Positions 28,901 through 41,585 of a stretch of 64,000 bases of DNA are shown here, piece by piece (the stretch's first letter is position 1; every line of letters starts with the position of its first letter). A program made the position numbers and the translations under genes. The DNA comes from the human T2T-CHM13v2.0 reference genome, Homo sapiens: assembly GCF_009914755.1 (NCBI RefSeq), contig NC_060932.1. One strand, given 5' to 3'. The notes beneath the pieces are model-generated. The model was not told where the DNA came from. It worked only from the letters and a program-made list of their open reading frames with translations, and did not search any database.

Positions 28901-29529
28901 GGGAGGGATGCTTTACTGCTGCTCTATTGACTTCCTCCAGCAGGATCCGTTTCCATGTCCTTATGGACTAGAGAGAACAATTCCACCAGCTTAACTGCTA
29001 CCTGGGGGAGGGGCAGCCTGAGATCCTGGTTCCCATGAATCATGATGAATTAAGAAAGGAATGTGGGATGCCATGAAAACACACTTAGCTCTGTCTTTTA
29101 GTTCTCAAAATTAGGTCAGCAACTTTGCTGGAGCAGTAGCTTCATCTTTGGGTGCTTTAACGAGGCATCCAATCATCTGGAACATGAAGCCATTTAGTCA
29201 AAGTTTATTTTTTGCATCTGTGTTACTACAGCAGCCTCCCCCAGCTTAGAATGAAGGGCGTGTGAGCATGGGGAGAACCCACTTATGACTATGTTGCCCT
29301 GTGACATTTTTTTTCCTGCAGTGTTTACCCTGGGATTGAATAGTGTTTGGTTTTGGCAGTATAATAAAAACTCTCCAGAAAATCTCTTGGATGAAAGTGC
29401 ATTCACCAAATCACCCAATCAGGAAATATTTATTAAGAACTTATCATTTGAAGGCACTGAGAGTGTAAAATGCAGCCCTACCCTTTAAGACCTTATTATT
29501 TAGTTGGAGGTGACAGCAGTATTTACAGA

Positions 29530-30020
29530 TATGGCTAATCAGGGACTTATTTGCTTCCCAGTATTCAATCTCCCCTTCTTCCTTTTAGTAATGGAATCCA
29601 GAGCTGCGCACGCAGCTACCCTACAGACTAGGTTTCACAGATTGGCTTAAGCATGGCCAGGTGACTAAGTTCTGGCCAATCAGTTGTGAGTAGAAGTGAA
29701 ATGTACAACTTCTGGGTCATACCTTAAAAAGAAACCACTTACTCACTTTTTCTCTTCCCCCGTTTCGGGGCCTCGAATGTACATGTGGGAGTATAATCCA
29801 AATTCCACTATCTGAGGAGAACAACATAGTAGGGAATGGTGGAGCAAAACTATGGAAGGAGTTGGGCCCCTAATGACCTTGGGAGCATAAGGGCAATTCT
29901 TCTCCCTTAATTCTTCAGCTGAGATGAGAGACAGCAAGAGAAAGAACCCTTCTATCTTGTTTAAGCCACTATTACTTAGTCTCTGTTAAATCAGCTGAAT
30001 CAATATCCCGACTAATATAT
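29530..30020 (+). mobile_element. Old MaLR LTR (MLT1J-like)
   Basis: GGCCAGGTGACTAAGTTCTGGCCAAT...AGTAGAAGTGA...TATCTTGTTTAAGCCACT...GACTAATA. Confidence 0.65.
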
Positions 30021-30460
30021 ATGCATTTTCCCTAAATAGACCAGGAGCTTCTGGATACCTCTTTATTTCCCCAACCCCCCCACAGAGCCTTCATAAAGTA
30101 GGTGCTCACCCCATATTTGTGGATCATAATACAAAGATCTAGCTAATAAAAATTCCATTTTGCTCTGGTGAGATAATTTAATACTATTATATGTACTATA
30201 AAAAGATAAAAGGGTTAACTATAAGTTCCTTATAAAGGAAATCTCCAAAATGATGTCTGGCTTGGCTTAAGAGACTTAGGAAAAGGCAAGAGGAACATAA
30301 TATTAATCTATTAATTTCTGAAAGGTGAAAATATTTCAAAACAAGGAGATTTTATCAGATGGCTGACACAGAGATAAGAGAATAAACCTTAGCTTATGGT
30401 CAAACATGATTATATAAATCAGCACTGGTCTACAGACACTGCTATCTGGACAAAGTCTAC

Positions 30461-30740
30461 TTTTTTTTTTTTTTTTTCTGTCACCCAGGCTGGAGTACAG
30501 CGGTGTGATATCGACTCACTGCAACCTCCATCTCCCAGGTTCAAGCAGTTCTCTCCCTCAGCCTCCCAAGTAGCTGGGGTTATAGGCGCTTGCCACCACG
30601 CCTGGCTAATTTTTGTATTTTTAGTAGAGATGGGGTTTCGCCATGTTGACCAGGCTGGTCTTGAACTCCAGACCTTGTGATCCACCCGCCTTGGCCTCCC
30701 AAAGTGCTGGGATTACAGGCATGAGCCACCACGCCCAGCC
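30461..30740 (-). mobile_element. AluS (Sg/Sc-like)
   Basis: Antisense Alu with GACCTTGTGATCCACCC; degenerate TSD AAAGTCTACTTTT / AAGGCCTACTTTT. Confidence 0.93.
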
Positions 30741-31381
30741 AAGGCCTACTTTTAATAAAAAATGGACAATAGATGCTCAACTGAAGAAACTTACCTAATA
30801 TCAGCACCTCTTGCCTATGATTCTGTTAGGTACTGTTTTAGGATAGCTTTACTACTTATTAACTGTGGGACCCTAGCAAATTACTTAATTCCTTTAAGTC
30901 CCAGTTTCTTTATCTCTACAATGGCAATTCATCCAACAAATATTTATCGAGTGTATGTATACTACATATCAGGCACTGTGCTAGGCATTCTGTCTCAGGC
31001 AAACAGAAAAATTAATAAAATTATATGGAATATTAAAAAACAATAAATACTATGGATAAAGTTAGAGTAAAGGAGACCAGGAATACCGGTGGCAGCAATT
31101 CAAATATGGTGTTCTGGAACAGGGCTCCTTGAGCAATGATTGTGGCTTAAATTAGGGTGGCAGCAATGCAAGTGGCAAGCTATGGTTGAAGTCTGGGTAG
31201 GTGTTGAAGGTAAACAAAATTTTCTGACAGGTTGTAACTGAGATATGAAAGGAGGAAATGACTCCAAGGTTTTTGGCTTGAGCTAAAACTGGAAGGGTGA
31301 CGTTGGTAACCAATGACAGGGAAAGGTACAGAGTCACATTTGCCCAAAAGATCGACAGTCTAATTTTCAGACGTGCTGTGT

Positions 31382-31834
31382 GTGATCGTTCATCTTATGT
31401 GTCAACTTGATTGGGCCACAGGGTGTCGGATATTTGGTCAAATATTATCCTGGGTATTTTATGAGGGTGTTTTTGGATGAGATTACCATTTGAGTCAGCA
31501 GACTAAGTAAAGCAGTTGTCTTTCCTAATGTGAGTGGACCTCATTCAGTCAACTGAAGGCCTGAATGGAACAAAAATCTGACCCTCCTCCAAGTAACAGA
31601 GAATTTCTCCTGCCAAATTGCCTTCAAACCATGACATTGGCTTTTTTCTTGCCTTCAGACTTGAACTAAAACATTGGCTCTTCCTGGGTGTTGAGCCTGC
31701 TGGCCTTTGGAATGGAACTACACCATCACCTCTCCTGGGTCTCCCGCTTGCCAAGTCACCCTGCAGATCTTGGGACTTGCACACCTCCACAATCAGATGA
31801 GCCAATTCTTTATGACAAATTTCTCTCTCTCTCT

Positions 31835-31883
<49 letters not shown>

Positions 31884-31919
31884 ATTGGTCTGTCTCTCAA
31901 GAGAACCTTAAATAATGCA
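31382..31919 (+). mobile_element. MLT2 (MLT2D/B-like) solo LTR
   Basis: TGTGATCGTT...ATGTGTCAACTTGATTGGGCCACAGGGTG...CCTATTGGTCTGTCTCTC. Confidence 0.85.
31822..31880. repeat. (CT)n(CA)22 microsatellite
   Basis: Uninterrupted CA x22 at 31836-31879. Confidence 0.97.
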
Positions 31920-34359
31920 CTGAGCTTGGGATGCCCATTAGATATTCTAGTCGAGTAGTAGGTGGACGGATCTGAGTCTGGAATTGGGACTGAGTTGAAA
32001 ACTGGTACTATATATTTGGGAATCACTGGCACAAAAACTGTATTCAAAGCCATAAGACTGGATGTGCTCATTGAGGGAATCAGTATTGATAGGAAAGAGG
32101 AACAATTACTGAATCCTCCAACATCTAAAGATCAGAGACTTTGGCTGCAGACATTGAGAAGGAGCAGCTGTCGAGATAGGAGGAAGCCAAGAAAGTGTGG
32201 TGTCATGACCAAGGGGAGTATCACAGCAAGGAGGAAGGGGGGATCCCCTGTACCAAATGCTGCTGTTGGTCACTGCCACTGGAAAATGCCATTGCATTTT
32301 TAGCAATATAGTGGCCACTGGTGACCTTGACAAGAAAAATAACACTGGAGAAGTGGCACCAAAGTCCCATTGGAGTGGGTTTAGGATGAATATGAGGAGG
32401 GAAGTCAGAGGTAATGAGTACAGCCCCCTTTGAAAGACCTTTGCTTAAAAGGAGTGCAGGAAAATGGGATAGTTGTTGGCAGGGAAAAAGAGGTCAAGAG
32501 AAAGTGTTATTTTTGTTTTGTTTTTAAAGGGAGCACTACCAGCATGCTAATAATGTCATTAGCTGCCATTTATGGAGCACTTCACTGTGGTGGCAGGTGC
32601 TTTGCATGTGACACTCAATTTAATCCTCCTAATAGTTTTGCAATGTAGACATTAACATCTTTATCTTTCATGCAGGGAAACAGATGCTGAAAGAACATGA
32701 GAAACTTTACAAAACCACAGTCAGAAAGTGGCTGTGTCAGGATTTAAACTCATGTTGTTCTAACTTGAACACAGGGACTTTTTACTACTACAGTCTATTG
32801 GCTCCCATGATAGAGTCTGCTAATCATAGAGCCTGCCTCCTGCGGCAAGATCAGGCATGTGAAGGTACCAGGCAAATATGAATCTTCAGGATTCTCATCA
32901 GTATGTAGGAAGCTCCTAATCGTATAGAGCAGTATGCAAAGAGATTTGTATCCTTCTGTGGCCCCAACCTTTAGGAACAAGATGTATAATACAGTTATCC
33001 TAATATAGACTTCTATACACGGCACTCCAGGCAAACAGAACTTACATCACATCCAAGGAGGGGAACGAACAGTAGCATGCAAATTCTATTTTCAGATTAA
33101 GCAGGGGAGTGAAAAGAAGTCCTGTCCTTTTTTACCTAGCACACTGGTGTGGATCCAAGGAGCTTCATAAATATTTGCTGTTCCTGCAGTTGCTGCATTA
33201 AACTGAGCGGGGCAATGTTCCAGAGAGAGAATGCCTTGGGAAGGCTCATCACTATCCTTGGCAATGAGAACTACTGGGGTCTCCGGCTATTGTCAAACCC
33301 CGACATGTGCAAAAAACATCAGATTAAACCAAGAATAAATCCATCTGCAATATTACAGATTCCTTTAAAAAACATGCATAATTAAAAATTTTCTTCTTGG
33401 TGAAAAGTAAGATGCTCCTGGAATCTTTGTTCATGCTCAGAATAAGATTTGATTATCTAGCTTATGGGGACTCCTGGGCTGAAGACAGGTGGGTGTGTGT
33501 ATGTTGGGGAGGAGTAGGAAGGGGGAGAGAAAGTATCTTCCAAACTCAAAGCAACTGGCAGGGACCGCAACAGCGAGCAGGTCAAGAGCATAAGGAAACT
33601 CCCTCGTTAAGCACCAGGGTGCCCTGGAAACAGCCATTTCAATTAGTGCCAGACTGAGCTGAAATGAAGATTAAGAGGTCATTTCAAACAATAGCTCAAG
33701 GATAATTTGCTTAGCATACAGATCTCTACTACCATATACTTCTGCTCTGCAATGCAGCATTAACCTCATTTACTGTTTAGTTCTACAGGGCACATATTAC
33801 TAGTCAGAAAGCCCCCTTGTTTCTCATATAGAAAACTCTACTGAAAGTCTCACGTGCACATGTCATTCTCAGTGGAGGCCACTGATGATGTTGTCCCACA
33901 TGCTCTTTATGGTCCCTTGCCCGCAACCCACCAACATCTCCTTATTTTCGTTATTCTTAACTTTTAGGGAAAGTTTCTTTTTGGACAAAATAGCTCACAT
34001 TTAGTGTATTCACAAAAGTGTCCTTTGAATTTTTTCAGAGGTCCCCCAATCATATCTGAGTATGACATGGGAAAATGTTAGAAGCCTGCCCATCAGGAGA
34101 AAAAGAAGCAGTAAATTCCATTTTAAATTGGAAACAATTGGCCTTCATTTATAATCTTTAACATGTTTTTCTTGATTACAGGAATAATACAAGCTCATTG
34201 AAAACAAATTCGCCAGACAGAAAAACATAAAAAATAACATGAAAAATGTCTTGAAATCTTATCCCTTAAAGGGGATGATTAACAATTTGGTGTATATCCT
34301 TCCAGATTTTTCTTATATATGATACATACATATCAGAGATCCCTAACCTGAGCTTCTAA

Positions 34360-34782
<423 letters not shown>

Positions 34783-36194
34783 TAATATACACACTCCTGT
34801 TTAATTTACAACAATTTAATCATACTCTATGTATAGTTCTGTAACTCATTTTTTTCCACTTATGGACATCTTTCCATTTTAGTAATAGTTGTTGTTCCTG
34901 CTATCATTTTATTCTCAGTTGAGTTTTCCCCCTTCAGGTACCAGAACCTAGAGCTTAGAGACAGGCAGACCTGGCTTGGCCTCCTGGTTCCACCACTTAC
35001 AATCTCTGTAAGTTTGGCCAGTTACATAGACTTTAGCAGTCTCAGTTTGGTTATCTGTAAAGTCAAAATAATAATAGATGTACTAGAATTATAATAAAAA
35101 TACTGCAAGTAATAAGTAACAAAATGTATTTTAGGCAGTCAGCACTTAAACAATAACTGGCATAGAGTAAATATTCAATAAATAAATACTAGTGTTTTTC
35201 ATTGATAGAATCCATTGACTGAATGGAAACACACACATACACATAAAACAACATCTGGAGAAGGTTTTTAAAATCAGGTCTTAGGATGACAATAAAGTAG
35301 ACTATTGAGAATGAAGCTGAAGCCACATTCTGGGATAAGACGGTATTTTCCATTCATTGGGAGTAAGCAAGCAAATGATGATTATACAGCTGCATATGTT
35401 CTAATGGATAAGGTGTCAGCCCTAACCATGATGGCTAAGGAAATTGCCTATGGACTCAACTGATCTGGACTTCTCTCCTCTGGACCCTAACCCTCTTCTA
35501 CGATGTTGAGAAGGTCATGATCCTTACCATTCCATGTTGGGATTTGCCCAGGTTTTACTACAAGTTCTTAGACTTTGCATCTGCAAATGCTGCAAGTTCA
35601 ATGTAAATGCAGAATTCCACTTTCCCTGCACAATGCTAGCTGTCAGCCTCATGGATTAACTGGGGAATGGCTTTGCCTGTGGCCTGACCCACAGCTTTCT
35701 CTGCCCTGCTTGTGGCCACTCTTCACTCCTGGTGTTTGTTCTCTGCAGGTTAGAGCAAGAGTAGGCCTGTTGAACTACTCTGCCCATAGTCAGTAACTGG
35801 GCAACAGCTATATGTCAGGCGTGTGCCAAAAACTTTGCATATTTTATTTTCCTAATCTCACAGCAATTCTGGAAGTTATCATCTCTGTTTTTCAGATACA
35901 GAAATTGAGGCATAATTAAAATAAGGAACTTGGGCAACATTTCACATGTAGTAAGGGGGAGACTCAGCATTTGAACTGCTTCAATCTAGAGCCCTGTTAC
36001 CTATAAACTCTACCACAATCAGCTTTTGATTCTGAGTGGTGAGCTATAATACATGTTACATTTGCAAGACTCTGGTGGAAAAGAAGAAAATGTCAGTCTA
36101 GTGCCCACCAGAAATTTCCCTCAGACAGAGCAGAGTCCACAGCACCAGCAGATCTTATTCTCACAGGAAGTCTGGCTGCAGGATGGCATGGTCA

Positions 36195-36647
<453 letters not shown>

Positions 36648-36672
36648 TTAATTTATCTATGATCTCAATGTC

Positions 36673-37119
36673 TGTGGTAGGCAGAATAATGGTCTTCCAA
36701 AGATATTCACATCCTAATCCCTGAAACCTGTGAATGGGTTGCTTTGCAGGGAAAAAGGGATTTTTGCAGAACTGATTAAGAATCTTGAGGAGGGAAGGTT
36801 ATTCTTATTCTGGATTATTCAGGTGTGTCCAGTGTTATCACAGGTTCTTTTAAGAGGGAGGCAGGAGCTTTGGAGTCAGAGGTGAGGTGATGGTGGAAGC
36901 AAGGTCTGAGTGCTGTGGGCTGTGAGCTAAAGGAAGGCAGTCAATGTCAAGAAGCTGGAAAAGTCAAGAAGACAGCTTCTCCCCTAGACCCTCAGAGGGA
37001 AAGGCTGCTCTGTTGACCTTTAGGCTTCTGACCTCCAGAACTGTAAAATAATCAATTTGTTGTTTTTAGGCCACTAAATTTGTGATGATTTGTTATAGCA
37101 GCAGTAGAAAACTAATACA
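36673..37119 (+). mobile_element. MLT1D-like solo LTR
   Basis: TGTGGTAGGCAGAATAATGG...AAAACTAATACA; TSD ATGTC at 36668-36672 and 37120-37124. Confidence 0.9.
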
Positions 37120-37536
37120 ATGTCTACTTTTTGTGTTCTATAACCATAGTGTCCAGTATTAAACTTGACGTTCTATGCTCAATTTATTTATATCCATATA
37201 ATGTCTCCTAGTATTTCAAACAGCTCATTAGTGATGTCCTAATTGCTCTAGTTCTCCCTCTTCATAAAGAAAATGAATTATAATATACTACCTATAAGCT
37301 TTTAAGTGAACATACTCTAGATATTTCCAAACCTAATAGACCATATTCCTTTCCATTGGAAAATAACCTAGGCGTGCCATCCTCGAAGTGGCTCACATTG
37401 ATTCACTGACCCACAGCTTACAAAACTAAAACCAGCAGGCATGATTAGAAGTAAATGCACATTTATTTTCTTCTTTCTTTCTTCCTTTTTTTTTTTTCTT
37501 TTTGCTGAGACACTGGCGAACATTTCCAACACTTAC

Positions 37537-37563
37537 CTGCAACGGCATCTTTCACCAGCTCAA
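37537..37563 (-). other. Candidate 27-nt cassette microexon
   Basis: Minus strand: tttttaaccttcatacag|TTGAGCTGGTGAAAGATGCCGTTGCAG|gtaagt. Perfect consensus donor, plus an acceptor with a branch-point-like TTAAC. Confidence 0.4.
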
Positions 37564-39989
37564 CTGTATGAAGGTTAAAAACTCTTCCTAATTTTGATTC
37601 TAATAAATGACTTGAAGAAAAGTGTGTCCCTGTTTGTTTACGTCTATAAATTTAGAAGCACTGTGAAATCTCAAACAAAATTAGCCTGGGGATGCGGAGA
37701 ATCAGGTAACCTAATTAACAAAGGCTGAGCCACTTACATTCTCAGGACTCTGGATCAATGCTGGCCAGCCTAACTGAAGGGAGAGCAGACAAGCCCTGGA
37801 TGGGAGAACCAACAGCTCAGAGACGGAATTCTAACATGAACAAAGATCATTCACAGATTGATGAAGCTTTTGTTGTTCTTGGCATTGAGCATAAAGAAAA
37901 GAAGAGGCCTATAGTTGTAAAAGTTTCCTAACACCATCATTATTATTTGAATAAGCCAGGAAACATCAGATCCCAGAAATGCATCCTTTGTGGCCATATA
38001 TTTCAGGAAGAGAGCTTTGATTTTCAGAAATCCTGCTGCATGGCCCTGTGCTCTCCAACTGGATACCAAAATAACCAATGTTTTCATGCAGGTACTAGAC
38101 TGGTTTGAAGAGCTAAGGAACATTAGTTGGTTCTCTTGTATTATTCATTTCTAAAAATCAAGAGCTCCAAGCAGCTGCATATGCTTGACATACTAGACTA
38201 ACCCCTTAAAGAAATGTCAGCAAGAGATGATGTTATAATCAGTAGCAAGATTATTGTAAATTTTTTTTCTGGATTTTTCCCCATTATCTAAAATCTCCTT
38301 ATAAACAGATTCCTTCTTACTCTCTGATGGTAATGCTTTAAACTGAATAAATGATTTCAAATGACAGATTGACTATGCAAACTCCTGGGGGGGCTTCCTG
38401 CAAAGAAGAAGCAGGCTGGCAAGTAGTTGCTACTTCTTTACCAGGAAAAAGCAAAGTTAGAGCGAGTGGCTTGTCTGTGTGTGCCAGCTGTCATCTGGGA
38501 CAAGCAGGACTCCTGACACACTTGGCAAGTAGCACAGACTTCCAAGTCTTTCTTTCTCTCTCAAGGCACAGGGCAGAGACAGCCACAGTCAAGATTTCCC
38601 AAAAGTCATGATTTCAAATGATTTTATTTTCAACACAGTGATTTTTTAAATTTAAAACTAAATGTGGTTTCATCTTTATGCGGGTTGAAGACTGTTTATA
38701 TAAATACATTTTTTAAAAAATAGATAAAATCTTTAGGCCGTATTACAATGCAGGGTTAAGAAAATATGGCCATTGTATTTTATGCATTGTTATGTGTGAT
38801 AATAAGGTTTAAATTTAATGCTTCAATTCAAACACATCTTGCAACTAAGAGGGTTCAGACAAAATTAGTTCACTTTCCTTGCTATTGTAGCTGTGGATCT
38901 AAGTTCCAATTCCCCACCCCTATATCAAAGTTACTTTCTTTTCTTTCTACCTACCCCCTCCAAAAAATAAAAATAAAAAAAGAACTGCTATCGGGTAGGT
39001 GCAGTTGGATGAAACCCACAAACAATAACAAGATATGGCGCCCACACAAGGCAGAGCCTTGGCTAGGACTGTGTCTGACATGACCCTCTGCAGAGCCTTG
39101 GCAGGGACCACTCCAGCTAGCATCATGGTACCTCCAGATCAGCAAGTTCAGGGTGGAGGTGGGGTGGACAAAAATTCCCACAAAATGCATCATTCCTAGG
39201 ATGCAGGAGCATGAAGCATAGAAGAAAAGCTTTGCTTATTTAGAAAACTGCTCAAAATAAATATTACTCAAGATAAAACAGTCAAGGAAAATAGCCCATT
39301 CTTGTTTCATCTGTCTTCTCCATTTAAACTTGCAAAGTCTGTGGTTATAAAACATGCTTGGGGGCAGGCTTTACTGCCATATGCTTAGATATTCACAAAG
39401 GTTCAGACCAGGTACTACAGGGCCTACCAGGACATCAACAAATGCATCTAATGCCTAAGGAAATTATTAGGATTATATTTTATATTTGTGAAGAGTTTAA
39501 TTTTGGCAAACCATTTTCATGACTGTTTTGAAGTGAAATGGGCAAGGTTATTATGAAGTCATTTTGGATCAGTGAGAAAAGAAAGGCACCAAATCAGGAC
39601 AATTTATGCCTTATTATTCTTAGTTTCATACAAAATAGCCTAAGAAAACACATCTCCCCAACAAGTTCAGGTCAGTTGGGTACTTAACCCTGGATATACG
39701 CAAGGTACTATCTATGTCAGCAATTAGAGCTTGGCATGAACTAGGTTATCCCATTCATTCAATGAATAATTATTCCACAAATAGGCACTGAGTCGCAATT
39801 ATGTGCCAGACAGAATATGATCAAGGCAGGCCTGGGCCTTCCACTCAGTTTACAGCTTCATCTTGTGCCTCTACCTGAGTGGTAGGGACCTGGGAATGAG
39901 GCCACATCCCACAGAGAGTTCTACACACCCCTGAGACTAGACTTGGGTCTAGCCTAAAGGCAGAAGCTTTGAGTTGAAATGGCAAAAAC

Positions 39990-40212
39990 TGTAGGAGTTG
40001 GGGATTCTAATGCCAAGAAGGGTCCCATGGTCAAACTAGTTTGGGAAACGTGTCTTATCATATCCTCCTCTTAGAGGTTTACAAGCAAATTAAAAGGACT
40101 GAAAAGTCTTCCAATTAAGAAACATGCTAACTTTCATTCATCTAGCAAATATGTTTATCCTGGAACAACCCTAGAACCAGCCTTCTGTAGGATCCACTGT
40201 GGGAAATGCCGA
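39990..40212. mobile_element. Old hAT-Charlie fragment
   Basis: GGTCAAACTAGTTTGGGAAAC...CACTGTGGGAAATGCCG terminal-like motifs; family uncertain. Confidence 0.45.
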
Positions 40213-41399
40213 CAGGCCCACAGTCTTAGAGCAGAATCCAAGGACTCTGATTTAGAAATCGTATCTTCCTAGTGGCAAACACACTTGTCAGAATGGCCTG
40301 TTAAGATTTGGACTTCAGGGAACCCCTTGGCTTAGCGAACTCTCCAAGGAGGCAGAGAACAAAACAACTCTCTACCTGTTCTCTAGCATGCTATTCCTGA
40401 ACCCACTGCCCTCAGCCCTGGACACCTTCCTTGGTTTCTGGGTTATCAATTCTCTTAGGACTTGGCTCCATAATTTCAGGCTTTGATTGCTTTCTGTGTT
40501 CTTTGACCCAAGTCTGGTCACAATGCCATTTGGCCTCCTGGTACCTGTTCTCATTCTTTGGTCCAAGGACATATCATGGGTCCCATGGCTCTACTCTACT
40601 ATTCTGAAGCCAAGGGCCTCCCTTCTAAATTGTTTTCCATGAAATCTCTTGCTTCTGGGACAACATTTGGTTCACCATCTTAAATCTAACCTTATATTTC
40701 CTTGTGAGAATGGGTTACCTCAAAGGAGAGGGTCATGGTCCATCCCCATTTTAATAGAGAGAATTTAATGGTGATCCAGTGACCCCAGAAAGGGGTAGGA
40801 GTAGACCCTAGTATATTATATCATATATTATCTCATCTTATTGTCCCCAAAAATTATGAAGTAGTTGCAATTTTTTACTTCTGTTTTCCAAATCAGGAAA
40901 TGAATCATTTGAGAGACTGTAACTTGCCCAAGCTTCAGTCACAAAGCTTTAGTGATTGAGCCAGGATTTGAACCCCGGCAGTCTGACTTCAAAGGGCATG
41001 CTGCTCTGAATCAAGAAGCCTCCCTTGATTTTCCATTCCATATCAGGGTCTACCAACTCATCTTCAAGAAGCCCTGCCTGGGAGCATGGCACTCTTGTCC
41101 AGTCATGATCCTGAGGCAGCCTAGGGTTCTCAGCTGCACCCCTCCCTCACCAGTCAGTTCAGCGCACAATACCGTGGGTTTGTTCTTCTCTCCCTGTTCC
41201 TCTGCCAGAGCAATCTAGCTCTACTACAGCTCAACTGCTAAACCACTCTGTGCAAATGTTCCCTCTCTGATAACAAAATGCTGTAAGCCAGGCTAATTGT
41301 ATAAGTTTCCAGAAGGTTCCACATGCAGGGGCTCTAATAGTAGGATGGTGGAGACCATGGGTGAAACTGTGGGGTCAGATTTAGAATTTTGCCAGGACC

Positions 41400-41585
41400 A
41401 GGATTCACAACCCTCCCTGCACCTGAGCATCACCTAGGAAGCTTTTTCCCCGCCTAATTCAAAAGACCAATGCCCAGGCCTCATACTTGACCAAATGAAT
41501 CAGAACTCCTGTGAGAGAGGCCCCAGCAGTGGCATTTTATTAAAGCTCTCTAGCTGATTCTTATGTGAGACTAGAGTTGAATATT
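41400..41585. mobile_element. MER5-type hAT-Charlie MITE
   Basis: CATCACCTAGGAAGCTT...ATGCCCAGGCCTCA...GAATCAGAACTC...GCTGATTCTTATG. Confidence 0.7.

Larger units (their letters stand above)
30925..32460 (-). mobile_element. L2 fragment split by an MLT2 LTR
   Basis: TTCATCCAACAAATATTTATCGAGTG...AGGCACTGTGCTAGGCA; ATGACTCCAAGGTTTTTGGCTTGAGC; CACTGGTGACCTTGACAAGA. Confidence 0.75.

Noticed and set aside
37851-38123. 90-aa hydrophobic ORF on the gene strand near the exon-like cluster
   Set aside because: No recognisable domain, and the length is within chance expectation for 64 kb.
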